From positions 3,977 through 67,976 of the forward strand of contig FR901744.1 of assembly GCA_000437675.1 (NCBI GenBank): a stretch of 64,000 bases of DNA, in the 5' to 3' direction. This stretch comes from Prevotella sp. CAG:891 (GTDB lineage: Bacteria; Bacteroidota; Bacteroidia; Bacteroidales; Bacteroidaceae). This document shows, piece by piece, positions 55,080 to 64,000 of this stretch. The translations under genes and the position numbers were made by a program. Under the pieces are notes generated by a model. The model had not been told where the DNA came from. It saw nothing but the letters and a program-made list of their open reading frames with translations, and ran no database searches. Every line of letters begins with the position of its first letter. Within the stretch, counting starts at the first letter, position 1.

Positions 55080-56303
55080 TCAGCGTAACCTGTTTTTCTT
55101 GTAGTGTGGTGTAACAATGTAATCGAATATCAACATCGATATAATGCTGAGTACAGCCCCGGTGGAGTAAACAGCAGAAAAACTGATGGACTGAGCAATC
55201 ATACCTCCTACAACCATTCCTAAACCTATACCTACATCCCATGATGTCAGATAGGTGCTTGTGGCTGTAGCGCGCCGATTGTTGGGTGCTAAATTGATGT
55301 AGAGCGAATTGTAGGCCGGAAATATAATGCCAAAGCCTATGCCTTGCAAAAATGGGACGGTGAAGAATGCAGCTATGGCTATTGTTTGACTGCATTCTTT
55401 GAGGTAAGCACATGCGCCTAACAATCCAAAGGCTGAGATGACTAGAAAAAAGCCATAATGAATACATTCGGTAATGTAGCCCTTGTCAACGAACCGGCCG
55501 GAAAATATACGCGAAACACCCATGCCAATGGCCATAAATACGAAGTAAAGGCCTGAAGAAACGGGTAAGTGCATTTCCTCAACATACATGGCTACAAAGT
55601 TTGTTGTAGCTCCATAAGGGATGGATAGTAATAACAGCGAGATGCCTGCCGGTATGCCCTTGGTTAAAAAGAAACGATCAAGAGATAGTGGAGGGCGCTT
55701 GGTTCGTGGTTTTGTAGGAGTTTTAATGAATAAGGTCAAAATGAAGCCGATTAGGCATGCAGACATTCCGATTCCTAAGATACTTTTGTAACTAAGTACG
55801 CCATGCAGGAATAAACTGGCCATTGGTCCGAGGCTCAATGCGGTGTTATTCATCAGGCCATAGTAGCCTAATCCTTCGCCTCGGCGTTCAGAGGGCATAA
55901 TGTCTACTACTACCGTATTGCCTCCTACAGTAACAGCTCCAAACGTAAAGCCGTGCAAAATGCGTAATAGAATAAAGAAGGTAAGCGTACCTCCAATGAT
56001 GTATCCAAAGAATAATGAGGTGAAAAGTGCGTAAGCTATGATGTATAGAGGTTTACGCGAAAAACTGTCGAGTAAATATCCGGAAAATGGGCGTACCATA
56101 AGGGCTGATACAGTGTAGCAAGCCAAAATGGCACCGATTGCACTTTCGCCTACTCCAAAATTTTCTTTCAAATAGAAAGGCAGTAGCGGTACAAGCATCC
56201 AAAAACCAAAAAAGAGTAAGAAGTTGGCTGCTAATATACAGCAATAGGATGGGGTAAACAATCGTGGCTTGATTGCATTTTCTGCTAAATGTGATTGTTT
56301 CAT
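55080..56303 (-). CDS. MFS transporter
   Basis: 407 aa with 12 predicted TM segments and an MFS-like loop motif. Confidence 0.8.
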   Translation of the reverse strand: MKQSHLAENAIKPRLFTPSYCCILAANFLLFFGFWMLVPLLPFYLKENFGVGESAIGAILACYTVSALMVRPFSGYLLDSFSRKPLYIIAYALFTSLFFGYIIGGTLTFFILLRILHGFTFGAVTVGGNTVVVDIMPSERRGEGLGYYGLMNNTALSLGPMASLFLHGVLSYKSILGIGMSACLIGFILTLFIKTPTKPRTKRPPLSLDRFFLTKGIPAGISLLLLSIPYGATTNFVAMYVEEMHLPVSSGLYFVFMAIGMGVSRIFSGRFVDKGYITECIHYGFFLVISAFGLLGACAYLKECSQTIAIAAFFTVPFLQGIGFGIIFPAYNSLYINLAPNNRRATATSTYLTSWDVGIGLGMVVGGMIAQSISFSAVYSTGAVLSIISMLIFDYIVTPHYKKNRLR

Positions 56304-56633
56304 CTGTTTGGTGTCTGGAAGGAGTTTGATTGAATACGGTACGGTATGCTTCTGATGAAGTATGAGTCCGTATCGGAAAATTTGTTGACACGTAGGACGT
56401 GATTCAAGCAGTTACTGTAATGGGGTAAAGTTGATAGCGTTGTGTCGGTTTAAGTGTGTGCCTCAGTTTTACCCTTTATATCTGAAACACCCTCTTGGGT
56501 ACATATTCTCTTTGTGTTAACATAATGTACTATGTTTTTCGGCAAAGAAAAATCTGTAACCAAGAGGGCACTTCAAGAAGATTTCAAGATATTCGAAAAC
56601 AGGAAGACATTTCGAATACCTTCTTCAATATAT

Positions 56634-57674
56634 TTAATTTGCAGCCATGAACTCGTCAAGGAAGCGAACGTCATTTTCAGAGAACAGACGAAGGTCCTTA
56701 ACTTGATACTTCAAGTTGGTAATGCGTTCGACACCCATACCAAAAGCGTATCCTTTGTAAATTTTACTGTCGATACCATTGGCCTCAAGTACGTTGGGGT
56801 CGACCATACCGCATCCCAAAATTTCAACCCATCCGGTTTGCTTGCAGAATGCGCAGCCTTTACCACCGCAGATGTTGCATGAGATGTCCATTTCTGCACT
56901 GGGTTCAGTAAACGGGAAATATGAGGGACGCAAACGAATCTTCGTATCGGCACCAAACATTTCACGGGCAAAAGTGAGCAAAACTTGTTTCAAGTCGGTG
57001 AAACTTACATCCTTGTCGATGTATAAGCCTTCAACCTGATGGAAGAAGCAGTGAGCGCGTGCTGAAATAGCTTCGTTACGGTATACACGTCCCGGGCAAA
57101 TTACACGGATAGGAGGCTTAGAATTTTCCATTACTCGGCTTTGTACTGAACTTGTGTGTGTACGCAGTACAATGTCGGGGTGCTGCTCAATGAAGAAGGT
57201 GTCCTGCATATCACGTGCTGGATGATCTTCTGCAAAATTGAGTGAGGAGAACACATGCCAGTCGTCCTCAACTTCAGGACCATTAGCTACAGAAAAGCCT
57301 AATCGAGAGAAAATGTCAATGATTTCGCCCTTGACAATAGACAAAGGATGGCGTGTACCCAAATTGATGGGGTAGGGAGTACGCGTGAGGTCTAAGTCGG
57401 TGTAATCGTCCTCCTGAGTAGCCAAATTCTGACGTAACTCGTTGAACTTATTTTGCAATGCAGTTTTAAGCTCATTGAGTTTCATACCGATTTCGCGTTT
57501 CTGGTCTGCAGGAACATTGCGAAATTCGTTCATCAAATCGTTCACAACCCCTTTCTTGCTGAGGTACTTGATTCGGAGTTCTTCAAGCCCTTGGGCATCG
57601 CTAGCTGTCAAGCTCGAAACTTCCCCGAGTAGTGACTGAATCTTTTCTTGTATCATTGTGTAATTATAGGTCAT
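56634..57674 (-). CDS. pheS: Phenylalanine--tRNA ligase alpha subunit
   Basis: 346 aa with class II motifs (FRNEAISARAHCFFHQVEG...GMGVERI). Confidence 0.93.
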   Translation of the reverse strand: MTYNYTMIQEKIQSLLGEVSSLTASDAQGLEELRIKYLSKKGVVNDLMNEFRNVPADQKREIGMKLNELKTALQNKFNELRQNLATQEDDYTDLDLTRTPYPINLGTRHPLSIVKGEIIDIFSRLGFSVANGPEVEDDWHVFSSLNFAEDHPARDMQDTFFIEQHPDIVLRTHTSSVQSRVMENSKPPIRVICPGRVYRNEAISARAHCFFHQVEGLYIDKDVSFTDLKQVLLTFAREMFGADTKIRLRPSYFPFTEPSAEMDISCNICGGKGCAFCKQTGWVEILGCGMVDPNVLEANGIDSKIYKGYAFGMGVERITNLKYQVKDLRLFSENDVRFLDEFMAAN

Positions 57675-57907
57675 GTCACGAATGGGATTCTTGATGATTC
57701 AGTTCCGACATACGTGGCATTGTCTTAAAATTATGGCGTTTGTAAGTGTAAATAGCTGCATAATAGTGAGCCTTAAAAGCAAATTTTAGGTCATACAATC
57801 ATGCTCAGTGCTAATTTTATCTGCAAATATAGATATTTCTTTGCAAAGAACCCTCAACTTACGCTTAAAAGCCCTATTTTTGCGAATTGATTTAAAGGAT
57901 TTTTTCG

Positions 57908-58723
57908 ATGAAAGCAATCTTTTGCAGTATTGCACTGTTTTTATTGGTGGCAAGTTGTCAGCGCAATAAGCCTTCGGTAACAAAAAATGATACGAAGGTT
58001 TCTCAAGGTATGGACTCTTTGTACTCCAAGGTTCAGTCAGAACCAGAACCGCCTGTTGCAGCAGACGGACTTTTTGATGACTTTGTTTATTCGTTCATGC
58101 GAAACCAGCGATTTCAATTGGAACGAATAGACTTCCCGTTGCCTAACTTTGTTGATGGAAAAAATCATCCGATTTCAAAGCATGATTGGAAGTATGATTG
58201 CATGTATATGCATCAGGATGTTTATACCATCATATTTGACAGCGAAAAATCAGTGAGTGCAGAAAAAGATACTACAATCAGACAGGTTGTCGTAGAATGG
58301 GCTTACTTGCATCAGCAACGAGTAAAACAATATCATTTTGCAAAGGATAATGGTGTTTGGCGATTAAAAAAACTTGACACGCATGCAATGGCTAATAATC
58401 CGAACCATGATTTCTATGTTTTTTACAATCGTTTTTCGTCAGATAAGACTTACCAAAACAGCCACATATTAAATCCTTTTCATTTCAAAACCTACGATTA
58501 TGATAACTTTCAAACAGTAGAAGGCTTGCTTGATGTTACTCAGTGGCCTGATTATCGTCCAACTTTACCGAAAGGAACGATAACTAACATCAATTATGGA
58601 CAGCATTACCGGAATTCACACAAACGTGTGTTGTTTTTATGTAGTCCTTCTGGTGGTATGGGATGTTCTATGACTTTTGTGCGTCAGGGTAAAGACTGGA
58701 TGCTTGCCCGTTTGGATAATTAA
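57908..58723 (+). CDS. Hypothetical lipoprotein
   Basis: Lipobox LLVASCQ. No family recognised. Confidence 0.5.
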   Translation: MKAIFCSIALFLLVASCQRNKPSVTKNDTKVSQGMDSLYSKVQSEPEPPVAADGLFDDFVYSFMRNQRFQLERIDFPLPNFVDGKNHPISKHDWKYDCMYMHQDVYTIIFDSEKSVSAEKDTTIRQVVVEWAYLHQQRVKQYHFAKDNGVWRLKKLDTHAMANNPNHDFYVFYNRFSSDKTYQNSHILNPFHFKTYDYDNFQTVEGLLDVTQWPDYRPTLPKGTITNINYGQHYRNSHKRVLFLCSPSGGMGCSMTFVRQGKDWMLARLDN

Positions 58724-58751
58724 AACTAATCGAAATCAATTTTATAGGCTT

Positions 58752-59753
58752 ATGTATTCACTACTTCATCATAATACTTTTGGCATCGATGCGTGGTGTC
58801 GCGATTTTCAAGAATATTCTTCGATTGACGAACTCCGTAAGTTGTTACCTTTGCTTAAGGAGCAGCGTTGGCTGCATATTGGCGGTGGTAGCAATCTTTT
58901 GTTCGTGAACGATTTTAAAGGTCTGATATTACACTCTGGCATATTGGGCTGCGAGGAGATTCGTCGTACAGATTCTCATGTGTGGTTACGCGTAGGAGCT
59001 GGTATGGATTGGGATGACTTTGTAGCTTATTGTGTAGAGCATGGTTATTATGGTCTTGAAAACTTATCTCTTATTCCTGGTGAAGTAGGTGCCAGTGCAG
59101 TGCAGAATATTGGAGCTTATGGTGTTGAGGCCGGACAATACATTGAGCAAGTAGAAACGCTTGACTCTGAAAGTGGTGAAACAAGAATATTCCAATCAAA
59201 CGAGTGTAAATACGCTTATCGAAGCAGTGTGTTTAAGCATGAATACCTTGGACGTTACATTGTGACGCATGTGGTATATCGGTTGTCGCTGGATTTTCAG
59301 CCTAATTTGCACTACGCAGCTTTGACTCGCGAGTTACAGGCGCGACAGATAACTCCAAAAACTTTGACGGCTAAGATGTTGAGAAATATTATAGTGGAAG
59401 TGCGTCACAGTAAATTACCCGATCCAAATGAACTGGGTAGTGCTGGCTCTTTTTTTATGAATCCTGTTATTAGTAAAGAACAGTTTGTTTCTTTGCAGCA
59501 AAAATATGCTGATATTCCTCACTATGATATGGGAGATGCTGTGAAAATTCCAGCAGGATGGCTTATAGAGCAATGTGGCTGGAAAGGACAAAGTTTAGGA
59601 CCTGCTGGAGTGTATGCTAAGCAAGCGTTGGTCATTGTAAACCTAGGAGGTGCTACTGGCGAGGATATCGTAAACTTGAGTAATGCTGTACAGCGTGATG
59701 TGCGTGAAAAGTTTGGAATCGACATACATCCTGAAGTAAACTTTATTCTGTAG
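58752..59753 (+). CDS. murB: UDP-N-acetylenolpyruvoylglucosamine reductase
   Basis: FAD-binding domain (HIGGGSNLLF) and MurB C-terminal domain. Start set at the internal ATG at 58752 to avoid a 77-nt overlap with the upstream gene. Confidence 0.88.
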   Translation: MYSLLHHNTFGIDAWCRDFQEYSSIDELRKLLPLLKEQRWLHIGGGSNLLFVNDFKGLILHSGILGCEEIRRTDSHVWLRVGAGMDWDDFVAYCVEHGYYGLENLSLIPGEVGASAVQNIGAYGVEAGQYIEQVETLDSESGETRIFQSNECKYAYRSSVFKHEYLGRYIVTHVVYRLSLDFQPNLHYAALTRELQARQITPKTLTAKMLRNIIVEVRHSKLPDPNELGSAGSFFMNPVISKEQFVSLQQKYADIPHYDMGDAVKIPAGWLIEQCGWKGQSLGPAGVYAKQALVIVNLGGATGEDIVNLSNAVQRDVREKFGIDIHPEVNFIL

Positions 59754-59800
59754 AAATAATAAGCTTAGTATCCTATTTAATCCAAAGATGATGAATATTT

Positions 59801-60568
59801 ATGCCTAAACTTACTTTATTGGGAACAGGCACAAGTACCGGTGTACCTCAAATAGGTTGCACGTGTAAGGTTTGTACTTCGTCTGATTTGCGTGATGTTC
59901 GACTGCGAACCTCAGCCTTGCTTCAAACTGATGATGGAAAGCGTGTTTTGATAGATTGTGGTCCGGATTTTCGCCAGCAAATGATGCATGAACCTTTTCT
60001 CCCTATTCATGCTGTGCTGCTTACGCATGAACATTATGATCATGTCGGTGGTTTGGATGACTTGCGTCCTTTCTGTAAGTTTGGTTCGATTGACGTGTAT
60101 GCTGATGAATGCTGTGCTATGCATTTGAGAACACGGTTACCATATTGTTTCCGTGAACATAAGTATCCCGGTGTTCCGGAAATTGTGTTGCACGTTGTAG
60201 AGTTCAATAAAGACTTTGAATTATCTACAGGCTTGAGAGTGACACCATTGCGTGTGTTGCATGATAAGCTACCTATTCTTGGATTTCGAATAGGTTCGAT
60301 GGCATACATTACAGATATGAGTTCCATGGAAGATGATCAATTAGATAAACTAAAAGGTTTAAAAGTATTAGTTGCCAATGCTTTGAGACATAAAAATCAT
60401 CATTCGCATCAGACTCTGAATGAAGCTTTGGATTTAATAAGAAACTTACAACCAGAACGCAGTTATTTGATTCATGCATCGCATGAACTTGGAACGTATG
60501 TAGACGTGGAGCGGTGTCTTCCCTCTAATGTTTATATGGGGTATGATGGTATGGAAATCAGTTGGTAA
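59801..60568 (+). CDS. MBL-fold metallo-hydrolase, PhnP-like
   Basis: LLTHEHYDHVGG metal-binding motif. Confidence 0.8.
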   Translation: MPKLTLLGTGTSTGVPQIGCTCKVCTSSDLRDVRLRTSALLQTDDGKRVLIDCGPDFRQQMMHEPFLPIHAVLLTHEHYDHVGGLDDLRPFCKFGSIDVYADECCAMHLRTRLPYCFREHKYPGVPEIVLHVVEFNKDFELSTGLRVTPLRVLHDKLPILGFRIGSMAYITDMSSMEDDQLDKLKGLKVLVANALRHKNHHSHQTLNEALDLIRNLQPERSYLIHASHELGTYVDVERCLPSNVYMGYDGMEISW

Positions 60569-60766
60569 TCATACTTAGCTTCTATGATGTGTGCTGAAGT
60601 CGAAAGTTTTTTGTAAGTTTGCAAGCGCAGGCATTATCTGTCAATACATCTGTATGATGTAACGCGCGTAACCTTTTGAATTTAGTGATGTTGTATGTTG
60701 TACATTTGAGTCCTTGTGATTATTAAGACTTATTTGTTCGTTAGCATACATGCCTATATATTTTAT

Positions 60767-63151
60767 ATGAGAAAAAAGATTATTGTCTTATGTTGGTTTT
60801 GCTTCACACTCTTGTGTGTTGTTTGTGCCATAGGTGTATATAGTATCAAGCGTGGCTGGATTGGTTATATGCCACCAATCGCTGAATTGCAAAGTCCTAT
60901 CAGTAAATATGCTTCTCAGGTGATAAGTGTAGATGGTAGGCTTATGGGTACTTGGTCGAGAAATGAAAATCGAGTGTTTGTAGGCTATGATAGCATATCA
61001 TCACACATGTTTGATGCTTTAGTGGCAACAGAAGATGTGCGTTTTTATGATCATTCAGGTATTGATAGTCGTGCCTTAGGACGTGCCATCATCAAACGAG
61101 GATTGTTAGGACATAAAGAAGCTGGTGGTGGTAGTACCATAACACAACAATTAGCAAAACAGCTATATTCTGTTACAGCCTCAACCACTCTGCAGCGATT
61201 GATGCAAAAACCCATCGAATGGGTTATTGCTGTTGAGTTGGAAAGACACTACACTAAAGAAGAAATCTTGACGCTTTACCTGAATTATTTTGATTTTCTT
61301 CATAATGCAGTGGGAATAAAAACAGCTGCTAATGTTTATTTCGGAAAATCACCTAAGAACCTTAGCTTGACAGAATGTGCGACTTTGGTTGGTATGTGTA
61401 AAAACCCGTCTTATTTTAACCCTGTAAGAGAACCGGAACGTTGCAGACAGCGACGTAATGTTGTGTTGCAACAAATGGTGAAAGCGGGTAGCTTGAGCGA
61501 ATCGGAATACGCTACATTGAGCGAAGAACCCTTGAAATTGAATTTTCATAGAATCGATCATAAAGAAGGACTTGGCGCTTATGTTCGCGAATATTTGCGA
61601 CGTATCATGATGGCCGAAAAGCCAAATCCTAGCAAATATCATGATTGGCAACGTCAGCAGTATTATGAAGATTCTGTAATGTGGGCTAATGACCCTCTGT
61701 ACGGATGGTGTAAGAAAAACTATAAGCGTAATGGTGAAAATTATGATATTTATACCGATGGCTTAAAGATTTTTACAACGATAGATTCACGTATGCAGCA
61801 GTATGCAGAGGAAGCTGTGTTACGTCATGTCGGAAAGAAGTTGCAACCTATGTTTGAAACTGAACGTCGACGTTCGAGCAACTTTCCTTACAGTATGAAT
61901 TTGTCGCAAAAGGAGGTTAGAAAGCGTATTAAGCATGCAATGCGCCAGACTGATCGTTATAGGATGTTGAAGGCCGGGGGTGCTTCTGAGGAAGAAATCG
62001 AAAAATCTTTCAGAACGAAGGTGCCTATGACAGTCTTTACATATCATGGTGATGTTGATACGCTGATGACTCCCATTGACTCAATCTTGTACTACAAGAA
62101 GTTCTTGCGGTCTGCATTGGTTTCAATGGATCCCAAAACCGGACACGTTAAAGCTTATGTTGGAGGTTTGGATTTTACGCATTTCCAATATGATATGGCA
62201 TTGGTTGGCCGACGCCAAATCGGTTCAACAATGAAACCTTTTGTTTATGCAATGGGGCTTCAAGGAGGAATGACTCCCAATACCACAATACTGAATGTGC
62301 AGCGTTCGTATGGTGACTGGTGTCCGCGAAATGGTAGTCATGCACGTTATGGCGACATGGTTACATTGAAATGGGGTTTAAGTCAATCGAATAACTGGGT
62401 TACAGCAGGGTTGATGTATCAAATTGACCCGACAGGACAAGGCCTTGTGCGTGACTTGCATGACCTGGGTGTAGCCAATGATAACATGCAGCCTTCGTTG
62501 TCTTTGTGTTTGGGTACATGTGATATTACGCCAGCTGAGTTAGCTTCTGCTTATACTGCTTTTGTTGAAAAAGGTATTCGTAGGGCACCGCTACTGGTAA
62601 CTCGCATCGAAGATAATCAAGGAAATGTAATAGCAGAATTTGCACCTCGTACAAATGAAGTGTACAGCGAAGAAACTGCGTACAATATGATTGATATGAT
62701 GCAGGCTGTTATAGACCATGGTACTGGTAGACGCTTGCGTTATGCTTACGACATGAAAGGTCCGATTGCCGGTAAAACAGGTACGACTAATAGTAATTCT
62801 GACGGTTGGTTTGTAGGTTGTGTCCCCCAATTAGTAACTTCTGTGTGGGTAGGTGGTGACGAACGCGATATCCACTTTAATTCAACCTCGATAGGTCAAG
62901 GTGCGGCTTCAGCGCTTCCTGTTTGGGCTTTGTATATGCGAAGAGTTTATGCAGATAAGCGGTTGGGATATGATTCAAATCGCGAATTTGAAAAACCCGA
63001 AGCAATTGATGACCATAATAAGGCGGGAGTTTCGACTATTAATGGTAGTGATAACCAAAATGAAGGTGAAACAGAAGAACACTCTTCTGAAGGTGAAAAG
63101 CCTGTCGAGACTTCGAAGCCCAAAAGCAGCGGAGAAAACTATTTTGAATAA
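60767..63151 (+). CDS. mrcA: Penicillin-binding protein 1A, bifunctional transglycosylase/transpeptidase
   Basis: GT51 motifs (EDVRFYDHSGID, GGSTITQQLAK) and transpeptidase motifs STMKPF and KTGT. Start at MRKKIIVLCWF. Confidence 0.9.
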   Translation: MRKKIIVLCWFCFTLLCVVCAIGVYSIKRGWIGYMPPIAELQSPISKYASQVISVDGRLMGTWSRNENRVFVGYDSISSHMFDALVATEDVRFYDHSGIDSRALGRAIIKRGLLGHKEAGGGSTITQQLAKQLYSVTASTTLQRLMQKPIEWVIAVELERHYTKEEILTLYLNYFDFLHNAVGIKTAANVYFGKSPKNLSLTECATLVGMCKNPSYFNPVREPERCRQRRNVVLQQMVKAGSLSESEYATLSEEPLKLNFHRIDHKEGLGAYVREYLRRIMMAEKPNPSKYHDWQRQQYYEDSVMWANDPLYGWCKKNYKRNGENYDIYTDGLKIFTTIDSRMQQYAEEAVLRHVGKKLQPMFETERRRSSNFPYSMNLSQKEVRKRIKHAMRQTDRYRMLKAGGASEEEIEKSFRTKVPMTVFTYHGDVDTLMTPIDSILYYKKFLRSALVSMDPKTGHVKAYVGGLDFTHFQYDMALVGRRQIGSTMKPFVYAMGLQGGMTPNTTILNVQRSYGDWCPRNGSHARYGDMVTLKWGLSQSNNWVTAGLMYQIDPTGQGLVRDLHDLGVANDNMQPSLSLCLGTCDITPAELASAYTAFVEKGIRRAPLLVTRIEDNQGNVIAEFAPRTNEVYSEETAYNMIDMMQAVIDHGTGRRLRYAYDMKGPIAGKTGTTNSNSDGWFVGCVPQLVTSVWVGGDERDIHFNSTSIGQGAASALPVWALYMRRVYADKRLGYDSNREFEKPEAIDDHNKAGVSTINGSDNQNEGETEEHSSEGEKPVETSKPKSSGENYFE

Positions 63152-63259
63152 GTATGTATTGGATTATGATGTGCTTGGTAACTCTTGTGCATCATAATCC
63201 GCGTCATATTTTTTCAAAATTAAGTATCAGCCTTTGTAATAATGATAAATAGTAGTAAC

Positions 63260-64000
63260 ATGGATAAAAAGTTCTTGGCAATTATTCCAGCGCGTTATGC
63301 AAGTACGCGTTTTCCGGCTAAGCCATTGGCTCAGTTAGGAGGAAAAACAATTATACAGCGAGTTTACGAGCGTGTTGCAAAAGTATTCCCTCAATTATGC
63401 GTAGCTACTGATGATGAACGAATTTACAGTGAAGTAGAACGTTTCGGTGGCATAGCGGTAATGACATCAGTTCATCATAAAAGCGGTACAGACCGTTGTT
63501 ATGAAGCGATGCAAAAGATGGGAGGTTCTCCAGATGTAGTAGTAAACATTCAAGGTGACGAACCTTTTATCGCAGAGTCGCAGTTGCGTTCGATTATGCA
63601 GTGTTTTGATGATGAGTCAACAGAAATAGCAACGCTTGTAAAACCATTCACAGCAGATACACCTATTGAGGATATAGAGAACCCGAACAGTCCAAAGGTA
63701 GTGGTCAGCAATGATGGATTTGCGTTATATTTTTCTCGTAGTGTCATTCCTTATTTACGTGGAGTGTCGCGCAGCGATTGGGCAAAGCATCATACATTTC
63801 TTAAGCACATAGGGCTTTACGCTTATCGTGCAGCAGCTTTGCAGCAAATTACTTCGCTTCCATTGGGCGATTTGGAGCAATGTGAATCGCTTGAGCAATT
63901 ACGTTGGTTGCAAGCCGGTTTGAAAATAAAGGTTGCTTCAACCGATGTCGAAACTATAGGAATTGATACACCAGAAGATTTGCAAAAGGCGGAATCCTAC
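63260..64000 (+). CDS. kdsB: 3-deoxy-manno-octulosonate cytidylyltransferase, C-terminally truncated by the window edge
   Basis: MDKKFLAIIPARYASTRFPAKPL N-terminus typical of KdsB. It is not in the ORF track because there is no stop within the window. Confidence 0.85.
   Translation, partial: MDKKFLAIIPARYASTRFPAKPLAQLGGKTIIQRVYERVAKVFPQLCVATDDERIYSEVERFGGIAVMTSVHHKSGTDRCYEAMQKMGGSPDVVVNIQGDEPFIAESQLRSIMQCFDDESTEIATLVKPFTADTPIEDIENPNSPKVVVSNDGFALYFSRSVIPYLRGVSRSDWAKHHTFLKHIGLYAYRAAALQQITSLPLGDLEQCESLEQLRWLQAGLKIKVASTDVETIGIDTPEDLQKAESY

Noticed and set aside
58677-58751. Upstream start of murB at 58677, overlapping the preceding lipoprotein gene by 47 nt
   Set aside because: The internal ATG at 58752 gives an N-terminus (MYSLLHHNTFGID) matching MurB family starts and removes the overlap.

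Overview
This reads as a core chromosomal segment from a Bacteroidales bacterium (Prevotella- or Bacteroides-like). The evidence for that placement is a secreted nuclease with a type IX secretion C-terminal domain, several TAnnTTTG promoter-like -7 boxes, a Bacteroides-type serine palmitoyltransferase-like gene and the DoxX/DUF1599/folE neighbourhood. About 50 protein-coding genes are supportable, almost all housekeeping: fabD, thiD, prfC, rfbD, guaB, panCD, glyA, pyrBI, folC, dnaJ-grpE, folE, tpiA, def, ruvX, serS, ruvC, pheS, murB, PBP1A and kdsB, plus one initiator tRNA-fMet. There are no rRNA genes, no CRISPR array, and no integrase, transposase or phage genes. The unusual content is non-coding. 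(1) A ~320-400 bp element carrying 3-4 directly abutting 21-bp tandem units (core TTAGTTCCGAGCTAG) followed by a small GCTGATAATCAGC hairpin occurs at four intergenic loci (~790-1110, ~19187-19280 truncated and inverted, ~38598-38920, ~53213-53600). (2) A second ~550-bp repeat (R2) occurs twice. The copy at ~13521-14075 is intact. The copy at ~38209-39300 is split by a ~506-bp insertion that contains element copy 3. That is a filled-site versus empty-site pair within one window, suggesting the tandem-repeat element is or was mobile, with no transposase anywhere in the window. Other items worth a look are an uncharacterised GGGtGRT + NifU/IscU-like gene pair, a secreted Tyr/Trp/Arg-rich protein with PxxP-type repeats, and an apparent in-frame DoxX-TpiA fusion. 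All calls are from sequence inspection and recalled family motifs. No database searches were run.
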